This document shows, piece by piece, positions 41,119 to 55,560 of a stretch of 64,000 bases of DNA. The notes beneath the pieces were generated by a model. The model had not been told where the DNA came from. It saw nothing but the letters and a program-made list of their open reading frames with translations, and did not search any database. The position numbers and the translations under genes are program-made. The stretch comes from Octopus sinensis. Lineage: Eukaryota. The stretch lies in contig NC_042997.1 of assembly GCF_006345805.1 (NCBI RefSeq), positions 104,780,001-104,844,000 of the forward strand. The letters run 5' to 3'. Within the stretch, counting starts at the first letter, position 1, and every line of letters starts with the position of its first letter.

Positions 41119-41709
41119 AAGTCTCCGTTTTTTCCAGATCAATGTAGCCCATGCTGATAGTACCAGTCAAAGGCCGAATTTGAGTGTTAAATAGCAAACA
41201 ACAGGTTTGTGGTTAAAGCATATATGACTCGGAGGAGAACTGATCCCAATAAACATTTCACACTAGTATGTGGATATGGTAAAATTCCACATGAATTAGT
41301 GAAGTAGTAGTAGTAGTAGTAGTAGTTTCGATTGCAGTGGAGGTTGTGTTAGTGAGAAGCAGCAGCAGTTGTTGATTTTGAGTCCTTGTCAGTCTCCATT
41401 GAGCAACTGAGCAGGTTTATGATCAAAGCATTCGAGACGAAAAGTCTAGCTTTTAGTATAACACATTGTACGTAGGAATGAATGTCAATCATGTCCCTCC
41501 TTTTTTGTAATTCGGTAGGATTGATTGGAAAGAGGCTTGCTCTATCTTCCAGATCCAGAGACGTCGTAGAGGTTCGCTTATTGGTTCGAGTGTTTTCTGG
41601 AATGTGCAACAATGAAGTATACCAAATCTATTCGCAGTGTTGCGCGGGGATTTTGCTCGAATGTGCTTCATGTTGTTTTCCAGCTAGAACTAAAGCTATT
41701 CTTGCACTA

Positions 41710-42035
<326 letters not shown>

Positions 42036-43069
42036 TAAACGCCAGTTAAGCTCCTGTAAGTGAAGAAAGGTACACCAAACTTTCCCAAAGTAATAGATAA
42101 TTAAAGAAAGACACAAAAGCAGAACCAATAAATGTAGTCAAAGCAGACAAAACAAATGAATATATTTTTAAAATGCTGCTGTTTAACACTAGATCAACAC
42201 TGAACGAGTAGACACATGATCAATGATGTTCATGCCTTGACCATAACATCATTTGTTTTCAGACGTTCATTGTCCACCGACATTTTGTTAAAGATAATAA
42301 TAGGATGTAATTTGTAGGAAATTAGACTGTTATTTCTAGAAAGTCGAACAACTACGTAGATGTCTCCATAGATATTCCTTCGTTAGCTCGATGACACGAT
42401 AGTTAGTTTTTAGCTTTGGGTGGGTGTTAGACGTAAACTTTATGACCAGATCTGGAATAAATTACGTTTGGTCTATGCGTTTGTTCGTTGTCATTAAGCA
42501 AAATTGTATGCAAGTATCGTAAAATGTCATGGCAGCTACGTTGCTGAGTTATTCACTGAAAACGTCTTCTTGTTCGTTTATTTCATGACCATGCCATGCG
42601 CTTATATGCATTTGCTTCTGATATATTTTATAGGCATTAACACCAGTGAGTGTGTAAACAGTAGAATTACGAATGTGTGTATGTGTTTTCATGTGTATGC
42701 TCTCTCTCCACTTTTTCACTCTCTCACTATGTCTCTCTTTGTATCTCTATGTTTCCTTCTCTCTCTCTGTCTTTTGCTCTCTTATTGTCGCATGTTCTTG
42801 GGTGTGCTTACTTCTACTCGTTTGACCGCGTTCATACACATATACGCAAGTGTCCGCATGTATACTTCTATGTATGCATGCATATATGTATATACATATA
42901 TGATATATATGTATATATCTGTTTGTATGTACACATGCATGTTTGTGTCCATTTGCATGTATGCATATGTGTGTATGTGTGTGTGCATGTTTATTGATAG
43001 AATATACCAAAATCTAGTGCGTAAACACACATACGTATGTGTGTATGTATATGTATATATGTATGTACG

Positions 43070-43100
<31 letters not shown>

Positions 43101-43239
43101 GCATATATGTATATATATTTATATGTGTGTCTGTTTATATATACATGTATATAACTAAAATGTAGCATGTGTGTATATATATGTATGTATATATATATAT
43201 ATATTATATTAAATTATATATATATATATATGTATGTAC

Positions 43240-43281
<42 letters not shown>

Positions 43282-43308
43282 GTATATATATACATATATA
43301 TATATATG

Positions 43309-43368
<60 letters not shown>

Positions 43369-43370
43369 TG

Positions 43371-43426
<56 letters not shown>

Positions 43427-44860
43427 TACCTACCTGTGTTTACATGCTAGAATTTAGTATATTCTATCAATAAAGAAATAGCAGTGAGTTAGTAGATATG
43501 TGTATTGTTAAGCTTCTTGAATTTATTACATTATTAGATTATCTCCCGTTTTCAGATAGTAAATCAATGCTGTAGTTACTAGACACCGCTTAAATTTCCT
43601 ATCCTTCGTGCAGCGATCATTTTTGCGCTTTCTCTCTGTTTGATCTTATTATTCCCTTCATTTTTCCTTTCCTTTTGTCGATTCTGCATGTAAGCTCGAG
43701 GATATTATTATTTTTTTTTAATGCATTAAACTAAGAATGAAAGATGAAGGACGAATCTAAGTTACCTTAAAGACATTAGGTCCCTTTCTTTCGATATGTT
43801 ATTATCAGAGTTGATTCATAATTTATACTGGAAATTTATACGATGCATTTGCCATGACAAAGCACAGCTCGTGAGCAGGCGATAAGAAAGTATCCAACAC
43901 AAGACACAAATTATTGTTTTCCTTGTCGACGCGTTGCTTATAAAACAGTAAAACTTTGTGATTTTAGTATTTTCCAATCATATCGGTATGGTTCGGTTTC
44001 TGTCGTAAATCAGAACTTTTATCCATTCGAATTACAAGAAGAAGCACAAATCTTACAAGGGACATCGAATGGCATTAAATTGAAATGATTAGCTTGCGGA
44101 TTTATTCAAGTATTTCGCTTACACAGAACACTAAGTACTTAAAGATGCAATGTGGTGAAGAACGAGTTGATAATTCTACTTACTGTTCTTTGCCTTTTGT
44201 AAAAGAAAATAAATAAATGAAAATATAAATAATCAGAATTAGGATGTGGATGGTTAGCGGGAAATTGTTCGCAACTATAAATCATACCAATATGCAGCAC
44301 ATAAAATGAGCAATATGTTGATACTTGGAATTGACTACTGAATGATCCTATCGGCTGATATATACATAAAAAGGACCCTGCACAGCGTGTCTCAAACGCT
44401 ATTGGCTAATATATACACATTGTGTATCTTTTAAAACCCGAATTAGCAATTTTTCTTCAGTCACAAATTTTACTCACTTCTACAACGATTAAAATGAATC
44501 TCTTACTCATTATTTCATTCACTCATTCATGCGTTTTAATCCTTTTTTAATTTAGCTGCTTCTCATTCTCATTTTTCTCTTTATCTCACTTCTGTATCTT
44601 TCTTCTACTGTATATATCAATACATAGGCACATATACACCTCACATACACACGTACATACTAACACATTCACGCACTCATATTAGTCAACAAAACAGTCT
44701 TTACATGGTGGCTAGAAACTGTTGCAAAATCACTTATACACTTAAATCATTGGATAATATGTACCGGAGTACACTGTTCTTGACAGAAATATAAAGACAG
44801 AATATTTTGATCATGAATATGCTCGATCAGGGCCTCCGAATATCTAAGCAGCAACCACAT

Positions 44861-45187
44861 TCCCAGACCGGGCGTTGTGTGTGTTTATTGAGCGAAAACA
44901 CCTAAAGCACCACGAGTCTCCGGCAGAGGGTGGTGGCGACCCCTGTTGTACTCTTTCACTCCAACTTTCTCTCATTCTTTCTTCCTGTTTCTTGTCCCTG
45001 ATTTCCCATGCAACCGCTGAGCCGGGATGCGCATTCATCCATCCGTCGATGCTCTCGGTGTCGGGGGGTTCACCTGCTTTCTCTTCTGCGTGTCTTACAA
45101 ATAGCAAAGGACCACGTTTCGAACTTCTCCCACTACAGAGGCGAGATCTTGCGAGCTCTGGGACGAAGACCGCTTCGCTCAACAAAA
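44861..45187 (+). mobile_element. 5'-truncated SINE family B (tail type 2) with a 15-bp target-site duplication
   Basis: aagcagcaaccacat at 44846-44860 and 45188-45202. The element starts inside the B box and diverges from 567-870 after the ctttctt tract. Confidence 0.85.
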
Positions 45188-45318
45188 AAGCAGCAACCAC
45201 ATCAAAGCCAATAGCACACATAATTATGTATGCGTGGAAGTGAGTATAAGCGTGTGGGTGTATAATATAACTAATATCATTCAACTCTTAAAACAGCCAA
45301 CATTTATCTGAATGTCAT

Positions 45319-45621
45319 ACGCAGGAGTGGCTGTGTGGTAAGTAGCTTGTTTACCAACCACATGGTTCCGGGTTCAGTCCCACTGCGTGGCATCTTGGGC
45401 AAGTGTCTTCTGCTATAGCCCCGGGCTGACCAATGCCTTGTGAGTGGATTTGGTAGACGGAAACTGAAAGAAGCCCGTCGTATATATGTAATCAGCCGAA
45501 ATTGCGAAGATGATCTGGTTCTTGACTGATGACTGAGGGCTTCGAATGTCCCGTCCTGTGGTTCTTGTGTCGTCTCTTTGATGTTTCATGTTCTTGTCCA
45601 TGTCTGTATTTATTTTTTTAC

Positions 45622-45665
<44 letters not shown>

Positions 45666-45861
45666 TGTGTGTGTTTGTGTGTCTGTGTTTGTCCCCCTAG
45701 CATTGCTTGACAACCGATGCTGGTGTGTTTATGTCCCCGTTACCTAGCGGTTCGGCAAAAGAGACCGATAGAATAAGTCCCGGGGTCGAGTTGCTCGACT
45801 GAAGGCGGTGCTCCAGCACGGCCGCAGTCAAATGACTGAAACAAGTAAAAGAGTAAAAGAG
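45319..45861 (+). mobile_element. SINE family A copy with an insertion in the linker
   Basis: Family A head and tail, with about 130 bp of foreign sequence at about 45490-45620. Confidence 0.85.
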
Positions 45862-46690
45862 TATCACTGAGTGATCACTGCATTTATTCAGATCCAGATA
45901 AATAGACAAACATTCTATAGACTTCTTTAGAGATTAACTAACTCATGGGTCCCACCGAAGTTAAAAAAAAAAATACAAAATAAAACCCAAAGCCCAAACA
46001 AAAATCAATATTTAAGTGTTATTACCGTTAATTCATAATACATTCACGTATTTCATTCATAGGTTTGCACCTTCGACATTATCCTCTATATTTTGAAAAT
46101 GTAAAACAAAGTTACCAGAAAGCCTTCAAGTTTTATAATGAAACGTATGGAATCTATTACTGACCATTTAATTCCTTTCTTTCAGTAATCAAGTCCTGAA
46201 CACTTAATAAACGTATATCATCACTTAAAGTTCACTCAGTGCATTTAACTTTTAGTGGCATGAGACGCGTAGCGAATACTTAAAGCATAGAAGAAACCTC
46301 TCAAATCAAACGTGGTAAATGCTACTAGTTCATATTAATTTTGTTGTAGTTTTCAGGAATTTTTTTATACACTTGAAGATTATCTGAGCGAAGCTTGTGT
46401 TCTTTTAAATATATATGAAAAATCTGACACTTAGAACTTCCCTATTGAACTTTTAATTTGATAACAACGCTTCATCAAATTCGTTCTGGCAGCATTTCAT
46501 CTGAAGAAAGTGATCAGAATAAAATACATATATAGTTATTGATCAACAATAAATGTGCATGCAATTTATATCTGAATAATTTAATTTTCATCATATCGTA
46601 GCATCATGCAATTTTACCTTGTTTTTAAGGACGCTAGATATACCAGGATACACAACATATTTTCACTATTTTATATTTCATAGTTATCAT

Positions 46691-46736
<46 letters not shown>

Positions 46737-47153
46737 AAACACACACGGGTATGATAAAGACACAGCTTTCTGCATACATATTATCTGGCTGCCGGAAGAC
46801 CCGGGCACGGAACATATTTTAATTCTTAGCGTTTGCAGTGTAAAAATGTGTCTACTCTACATTTTGCCCATAGATTTAGATCAGACTTTGCTTACTGGTT
46901 ACTTCACTGTATATTATGCACACAAAGATATATGTGCATAGGTTTCAACTGTTGGCACATGGCTAGCAATTTCGGGGAGGAGGTTAAGCCGATTAAATCG
47001 ATCTCAGTTCTCAACTAGTTCTTATTTTATCGACCTCCGAAAGAGATGAAAGGTAAAGTCAACCACAGTGAAATTCGAAATCAGAACGTACAGTCGGACG
47101 AAATGCCGCAACGCATTTTGAGGGTGTGACAACGATTTTGCCTGCTCACCGCC

Positions 47154-47210
<57 letters not shown>

Positions 47211-47978
47211 ACATACATACATATATACAAGCAGTGTTTACACACAGACACACACACATACATATCTGTTTGTATGTAAATGATGCTTGTATATATCTAT
47301 CTATATATAATATATGTGTGTATAAAGAGAGAGAGAGAGAGAGAGAGAGAGATTCTTTCGAATTTAAATACAAAATCCCAGACATTTTTGACAAGTATAA
47401 AACTATGTAATAGGTATTGACAATTTCTTATACTAGTACAAAGCAAGATTTAATACAAATTTGAAGACTTAAAAAGAAATGATGTGTCATGAAAGTAAAT
47501 GCTGTTAGAAAAAGAAGTTATACGGAATAATAATGTTAGTATTTACCATCAGTGTCCAGTTTTTCGAACTCTAAATATTTTAAAGCTTTTTCTTCGGCGC
47601 TTTAATGATTCTATGTTGCCTATGTCCCATAAACTTTTAGCTTTATAGTCACAAAATGCAGAATGAAAGAGGGAGGTAGGGAGAGAGAGAGAGAGAGAGA
47701 CTTTGAATGTCTAAATGTCTGAGATGAGGTAATAACTTAATCTTTAAAGTTGAAAGATTCTTTTAAGATCAAACTGGTTGAAACTTAATCATAGATGTAT
47801 GTATTAAAAAAATGTTCCATCTTTGTGGATAGACTTAATGTGCGTATGTATTTGAATATATATATATATATATATATGTATATGATTGGATATATAGATG
47901 TATGTATGAATGCAAGTATGTATGTATGTATGCATGTATGTATGCATGTATGCATGTATGTTTGTATATATATATATG

Positions 47979-48051
<73 letters not shown>

Positions 48052-48519
48052 ATGCGCATATGCGTATTTAATTGTATATATATATAATCTTACATACATG
48101 GCACTTAATTACATAATGAAAATCTATGTATGCATAGTTCTGCTTTTTCCGAGCGTTTCATTCTTTATGAGTTAACATTTCAAATCGAAGGAAAAGAAAA
48201 ATATTTTCATTAATTGCAATCGGTGACAGAAAAGAGAAACATCAAAAACCTCAGAAAACATCAATTGGAAATGTCAGTTTTCAAACATAAACTTGCTATC
48301 GGATCACATATAAATCTCATATGTTTTTCAAGAAAAATATGACTGAAATTAGAATTACATCAGTAAATTTATTAGACAACCACGTTTATGTTAATGTTAA
48401 TTGAAATTTTCAATTTCAATTTCTGTCACAAACTTATCCTATAGTTCTCCGTGTAGAATTTTTCGAATGAAAGCAAAATTTATGAATTTTCTATTTTGTA
48501 AAACCAAATCTGAAACAGT

Positions 48520-48810
48520 GGAGGCGCAATGGCCCAGTGGTTAGGGCAGCGGACTCGTGATCGGAGGATCGCGGTTTCGATTCCAAGACCAGCAAAAATA
48601 CCTAAAGCTCCACGAGGCTCCGGCAGGGGGTGGTGACGACCCCTGTTGCACTCTTTCGCCCCAACTTTCTCTCACTCTTTCTTCCTGTTTCTTGAGTAGC
48701 GCTGAGATGGACTGGCGTCCCGTCCAGCTGGGGTCAACACATACGCCATAGAAACTGGGAAAACGGGCCCATGAGCCTGGCTAGGCTTGAAAAGGACGAA
48801 AGAAGAAGAA
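48520..48810 (+). mobile_element. SINE family B (tail type 3, V-domain-like)
   Basis: Same head as 567-870, then gatggactggcgtcccgtccag...agaaactggga, recalling the V-SINE domain; ends in (GAA)n. Confidence 0.75.
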
Positions 48811-48929
48811 ATCTTAAGCAAAAACAGGAAACAATCAAAATAGAAGAACCTAGCAAATCAATCTGGAAGCTATTGGGATAATAACTAAAATATGATAGTC
48901 GTTAATTTCACCTTGAACATTTGACCTAC

Positions 48930-49800
48930 TAGAAAGAGCAGCAACATCTCTTTAAGTCAGACACTACCGTTTAGAGGAGATATACCTATTGTCCTTGCAA
49001 CATATCCGGCTCAGCAAAAGTTATGCTTTCCATATTTCTGGATGACATCGCTCACGCCACTCCGTTTTCGGATTATTCCATATGCTTCTGCAGAGATATT
49101 CCTTGTATGGATCTTTCCCTGGCTCTCTGTCTCGTAGCCAGTCGCTGTTCATACTTTTTCCTCATAACCCAAGACTCACCTGTATATAAGAATGCAGGTA
49201 GGATGCCTATTGAAGACATTGTCATGAGGAGTCTTGTCTAGATGTACTTTGAACTCATCTTTAATAGAAGTATATGCTTTCCATTCTGCTCTTACTCTGA
49301 GCGGGATTTCAGTATTCATATCGCGGCACATATTTGCAGTCTATACCAAGATGTATTCGCTCTCATCCTCAGTTTCCTAATTTCTCATCGCTATTCAACC
49401 TTATGCCAGATTCTTGAACCGCATACATTTTGTTTTCATGCAGTTTACTTGAAGGCCTACTGATAAACTTTAGGAGCTATACTCTGCCAGTGTGGTCTGT
49501 AGCTGATATGAGGTTTCTACGATGGGCACGATGTCGTTGGCAAATACAATGTTTTAACAGCTCGCCGTTGATGAGGATGCCTTTGACGATCAATTTAGAT
49601 AAGCGGCAAATAGCTTGTAAAAGACAGTATCTAGTTGATGCTCTTTCCGGATGGATTTCTTAGAGGTGCTAACAGCAGAACTATATAATCAGCAGTTTGC
49701 CTTCCAGAGAAGTTTAATATACTTTACCTTGACTCCTATTTTCGGAGACTTCAGTACTGCATTCATCTCGAAGCTATCAAAATCCATTTATTAATAAACA
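48930..49800 (-). mobile_element. RTE-clade LINE RT fragment (decayed)
   Basis: Minus strand IVFANDIVPIVET (decayed FADD)...VGLQVNCMKTK...RVRAEWKAYTSIKD...QRARERSIQGISLQKH...AGYVAR. Confidence 0.75.
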
Positions 49801-50812
49801 AAATGATACAGACAGCTGATACACTTTCGCTCGCTCAAGTAATGTTAGAGGGACTTCTGTTGTACGGTAGTTCTTCCGAATAACTGTTGGCTCCTTCGAT
49901 TATTGGCCAGGGTGTTTCGATAGTGTGGCTAGAATAATCTAAGGGGAGACGACCAAGGTCATCTCTCTCTCTCTCATTCACTCACACACACACTTTCTCT
50001 TTCTCTTTCTCTCTCTCTCCACACACACATTTATATCTGTCTATCTACTGATGCATATACATATAAATTTGCTTATGCCTCTTTGTATACAAGGTTTTTA
50101 TGACTGGGACCAATAAAAGAAACAGGAAAATACAAAACACACAAACACACATACACATTAATTATATGACCGCATACACAGATACACGTGTATATTATAC
50201 ATATACACATTGATTATTACCTGTTGATAAATAAGAAGTCACGCAACTTGTGTTTATTTTTACTGCACAACATCTGCACATTTGACAGTGGATTTCGGAA
50301 GCACGTGAACTGTGGCTTGTGTATAGTTGCGTTAAGTTTGTGAAGCGTGCAATAGGAGGTGCTGCCATATACGACCATAAAATGTTAGGAAGGCGTTCTG
50401 AAAATCGTTGAATTGGATATAATTAGTATAGGTAGATAATCCTACTTCGTAAATAGGAAATTATTTAGTTTAATGTGCAACTATACACGCATACATGTAG
50501 TGTTGAACAGAAAATGGCACTTATACATGCAAAACATGTTTCTTTTCATTCTTCTGGTTTTGTATAGATAACAATGAATATTTCAATTAAGAAATTGTTT
50601 GCATACATAATATAATACATCAGTTTTTAATTATGGTCAATGGGCCATTCTAGTTATTTTCTTATTTCTTTTCTTTTTTTTTCGTATAGACGTTTATATA
50701 TGTTTGCATGATCTTATGAGTTTCTATTTTGAATCTGAAATGGTCCCCGGATGAACTGACGAATTCTTAACAGGACGCGGGATAATACATTAAAATTTTG
50801 GCAACATACACG

Positions 50813-50882
<70 letters not shown>

Positions 50883-50924
50883 AAATAGAAAGATGAATTT
50901 TCTTGTTACAGATTATTCAAAAGT

Positions 50925-51211
50925 TTAACCGATACCTGGGTAGCAAAAATCACAGCAGAAAATACACGGTTGGAGATAAGACCATTTGGTGTTGCAACCG
51001 TGCGTTGGTGCGGATAATTGAAGTTTAATATCATTATTGAATGGAAGAAATGGAGTTGAACGAAGATTGTACAGAATTCCTTTTATTACATTCTACACAT
51101 GTTTCAAAGGCCACAGAATTTGGAAATTTGTGGCCTTTGAAACATGTGTAGAATGTAATAAAAGGAATTCTGTACAATCTTCGTTCAACTCCATTTCTTC
51201 CATTCAATAAT
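50925..51211. mobile_element. PLE pseudo-LTR fragment ending in an 83-bp-arm palindrome
   Basis: 51033-51115 and 51129-51211 are exact reverse complements. Motifs gggtagcaaaaa..atcac and aaatggagtt.aacg are shared with the PLE end at about 2865-2985. Confidence 0.8.
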
Positions 51212-51214
51212 AAT

Positions 51215-51271
<57 letters not shown>

Positions 51272-51539
51272 TTTATATGAGTATAAAAGCATGTATGTAT
51301 ATATGTAGGTATAAGTAATGCACGCTTTGTTCAGATCTGCCGAGGTCAGCTTTTACTTTTCGTCCTTTCTAAGTCAATAAAATAAAGTATATATTCATGG
51401 ATGCAGGTCTCTGGTATGAGGGCACCTTTCTCCTACCTGTCTCAGATACCATGTAATTGGTCATAAACATTATCTTCTCGTTACTAAAAAGAATCTTACA
51501 ATGAATCATAAAACTATGCAGTAACGGATGTCATTGTGG

Positions 51540-51730
51540 AGGTGCTCGGTTTAGTGGTTATGGTACTGCGATCATGCTCGTAAGATTGGAGTTTCGATTC
51601 CCGAACCGGGAGATTTGTTGCGTCCTTGAGTAAAACACTTCCTTTCATTTTCGCCAGTCCACTCACCTGGTAAAAGTAAGTAAACCTGCGACGGACCAGC
51701 ATCCTCCCCAGTGTGGAACAAAACTCAGGG
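51540..51730 (+). mobile_element. Decayed tRNA-derived SINE (V-like)
   Basis: A/B-box-like head (tagtggtta...gtttcgattcc), then gtccttgagtaaaacact and cctgcgacggaccagcatcc. Confidence 0.5.
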
Positions 51731-52419
51731 TAATCAGCTTTATGAACCTAAGGCTCGGGAAGGAATTTTGATCCTCTTTTTCTATATTTATCACTGCATA
51801 TGCAGATCTATAGGTATTGACTGACGTATCTGTGCACTCACACTTAAGCTTCAGCTTACATGCTTGTGTGTGCAACTTTTTCATGCTAATACTCTACAAT
51901 GTTTTACATATATTCGCATTGCAATCAATGTATTGTGGCTCTACGTTCCTGATTAATCGTGCGTTTTCATTCACGTTTCATGAAGCCCGATAGGTATGAA
52001 TCTAAAGTTATAGTCCTGTTGGTTATTTCTTGTTAGTTCAGCGGAGATATTTTTGTTTTTGATAAATTTTTAGCAATATATTGACATCTGATGGGCAGCT
52101 AATTTCCACTAGTATCCACACATTTTTTCAACCCAAATCATTTTCCCTTGCAATATATTATACTTGCAAATATTGGAGTTTTTACAGAAACATGTCACCA
52201 GCATTCTTCCATATTATGAATGAGTATGTATTCCACTTAAAGCAAGTTCTTATATCCTTATGTACTACAGATCTCATTCTGCAATATTTTGGCCATAATA
52301 TAATAACACATTGGCCATAATATCATAATCGCAGGGAAGCATTTTGGGATAGCAGCTTATGTTTCCACATTAAAAAACACATCCATTTGCTAAAAGTGTA
52401 AACAGCAACACAAAGATAT

Positions 52420-52478
<59 letters not shown>

Positions 52479-52596
52479 CAACATACTTCTTTAATTTTAT
52501 TCATGTTGAAGAATAAAACACTACAATGTTTGAAAACAAGCTCATTTATATCTCGATACACTCCATTCTTTAACTGCAAAAAGAGCTAGTTTTATA

Positions 52597-52627
<31 letters not shown>

Positions 52628-52725
52628 ATGTATGTATGTATGTATGTATATATATGTGTATTATGTTTGTGTGTATGTATGTATATGTTTATACTTTTAT
52701 CTGTCCATGTATCTACCCCACTGCT

Positions 52726-52771
<46 letters not shown>

Positions 52772-53763
52772 CAACTTGACAACCGATGTTGTTGTGTTCA
52801 TGTCCCCGTACCTTAGTGGTTAGGCAAAAAGAGACCGATAGAATAATTATTAGGCTTACAAAGAATAAATCCTAGGGTCGATTCTGTTGACCAAAGTAGG
52901 TTCTCCAATATGACCGCAGTCAAATGACTGAATCAAGTAAAAGAAAATATGTTTATATATATATATATATATATATAAGATCCTGCATATGGTCCTGTTT
53001 ATGTGTGTGTGTGTGTTGCCTTATTAATATCGCCTTCAAGTTAACATGTTAACTTGTACCAATTTATTTCTCGATGTCGTTAGCAGACGGCAACTAATTA
53101 CGTTAATTTTTTTTTTCCAGGAATAAATTTTCTACATATATTTTTCTTCATTTCGTCTCATATAAGCCTGAAACTTGGAGGGTTAATGAAGTAGACTCTG
53201 AAAGCAAAGACGCCAAAAGGTACACGCTATAAAACTATTGACATTTGATGTATTCGCTGTTCATGTGCAAAGCACCAGTTGACCTCATGTGTCCATCCAG
53301 TTGATCGTAACGTTGATTACATAATAGGTAGGTAACCAGTAATCATTTATGTGATTACACACGCCATAGAAAATAAAGAAAAAGCTGAAAAGCAAAATAA
53401 GAAAAAAACACAGAAACATATATGCATATACAAACGTATATAAATGACGTGCACACGTTTTGCATACTACACCACAGTTTCACGTTGCTGTCGCCCGCAA
53501 CAAACCGCAGCACACACAACACAACACTCCACAGCTCACCACGCAATCGCTTTATACTAGCGCACTCATACAAAATAAAAAAAAATGGAACCCAACCACG
53601 TATCACGCACACCGGCAGAGATTGGCCTTCGGTTATCAATGGAAAGAAGATTAACACACAACGCATATGACAATTGATATGGTTGTTGTCGTTATTAGCT
53701 TCCTTTACCCTTGTCTCTGAAGTGTGTCTCTTAAAGAGGCAGCGTCAAGCAATATCATTATTA

Positions 53764-53828
<65 letters not shown>

Positions 53829-54879
53829 CATCATCATTATTGATAGTGCTTATGTGATAATTATCAACAATTTACCTACTAAATAGGTTTAGAAATAACG
53901 CAGTGATGTGAAGTGTGTAACGTGCCGTGTATGGAAGCAATTAGTGTACCAATTTGTATTGTGATTAAATTGTGTGCGCGTGTGTTTACATGTATGTATG
54001 TATGTATGTATGTATGTATGTATGTATGTATGTATGTATGTATGTATGTATGTATGTATGTATGCATGCACGTATGTATGTATGTATGTGTGTATGTATG
54101 CATGCACGTATGTATGTATGTATGTATATATTATATAGATACATATATATACATATATATATGCACATATATATACATACACGCTCATACAGGTATGTAT
54201 ATATATATATATATATATATCTGTATGCATGTGTTTATACATACACAGCGTACACACGTACACACGCACACGCACACACACATCACACAAATATTAGTGT
54301 GTGCGTATGTATGTGTGCACGAGCAAACCCGCGTGTATATATTTATGTAATTATATTCACTACGTAACTTCTTTCCACGCACTATTTGGCTTTGGCCACG
54401 CCCACGGATCACATATCTTCGTCAACAACTTACCTCTGTCAGTTTGCTTTGAAGCGCACATTGAATATATCTGAGTGAGTGTGTCTGTAGTGATTATAGA
54501 CTCTGCACTGTTATTGACGTCATTGAAATTTCTCATCATTTTTAAGACGGTACACGATGTGTGCGCGCGCACCACACCGACACTCGCACACGTGATAAAC
54601 ACGCACAATGTCTGTCGGGGTTCAATCCTCGGTCTGTCTAAACGATAAGCATTTACTTGTTTGAACAAGTGATATCCTTCAATTGAAAATTACGTATGTG
54701 TGGTTGCATATTGTACGCAACTCCCTCCAAAATGCATGTGTAATGGAATAAGCTCGGCTTCATGGAATCAGTTCGGCTTCCGCCTGCGATCGTCCATCAC
54801 CTTCTCTTTCAGCTTCCCCAAAATTCAGTTTTCCCCAAAATTCAGTTTCCTCAAATGCAGTTTCCCCAAAATTCAGTTT

Positions 54880-55560
54880 CCTCAAAACAAATGTCACGCC
54901 ATCCAATGCAGTGTCTTGACCAACACCATCTGTCATATTTCCCGCTTGGTCTCTCAGCCCCACAGCAATACCTGTCTCCCTGCAGTGCCATCACTCTTAA
55001 CTGATGCTCTGCTGGATAGCGACTGTTTGTGCATCGGTGTTTTCCTGAAGTTTGACGTCCGTGTCTGTAAGCCCCATAAACATCGCTACGTATCTGCTGT
55101 AGACTCTTTCATCCTCTACCCATTGTCATGCCATTATCCCGTCTTTACCGCCATGCAGCACTCAATGAGATCATAGAGAACATTAGAGGCTTCACTTTCC
55201 AGCTCGAGCCAGCGGTATGGACAGTGGAACGGTGAAAGGCCAGGCGGCATGATAATTTTCCTGTTCCGCGGTGGTAGCCTCCTCATGTGGAATGTCACAT
55301 GCTACAATACCTACTCCAACGGCAAACATGGTGTGATCGGTCACTCTAACTGATTTGTGGTCGAGCCCGTGGAGATCTCTGTCGTTCTTGGCACCCGAGT
55401 TACATCACTGCTCACTATTGTCGAACAGACATAGCTATCTGCAAGTGCGAGACCCATGAGTTGGAGTGGCAGTTCTAGCGCGTCTTTCTTCGGCGTCCTC
55501 TAGGACAACGCCTTTTCCATGTTGTTCGTCTGGGCCATGAGGCGGGGTGATAAGTCTTTT
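54880..55560 (+). mobile_element. CRE-like non-LTR retrotransposon C-terminus (Zn knuckle and restriction-like endonuclease), decayed
   Basis: SQPHSNTCLPAVPS...VCKPHKHR...YPLSC...HALNEII...QLEPA...NGERPGGMIIFLFRGG.LLMWNVTC resembles the PHAG.WL / RH..LN / LEP.G...G.RPDG / W D.T motifs of CRE-clade RLE elements. Confidence 0.7.
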
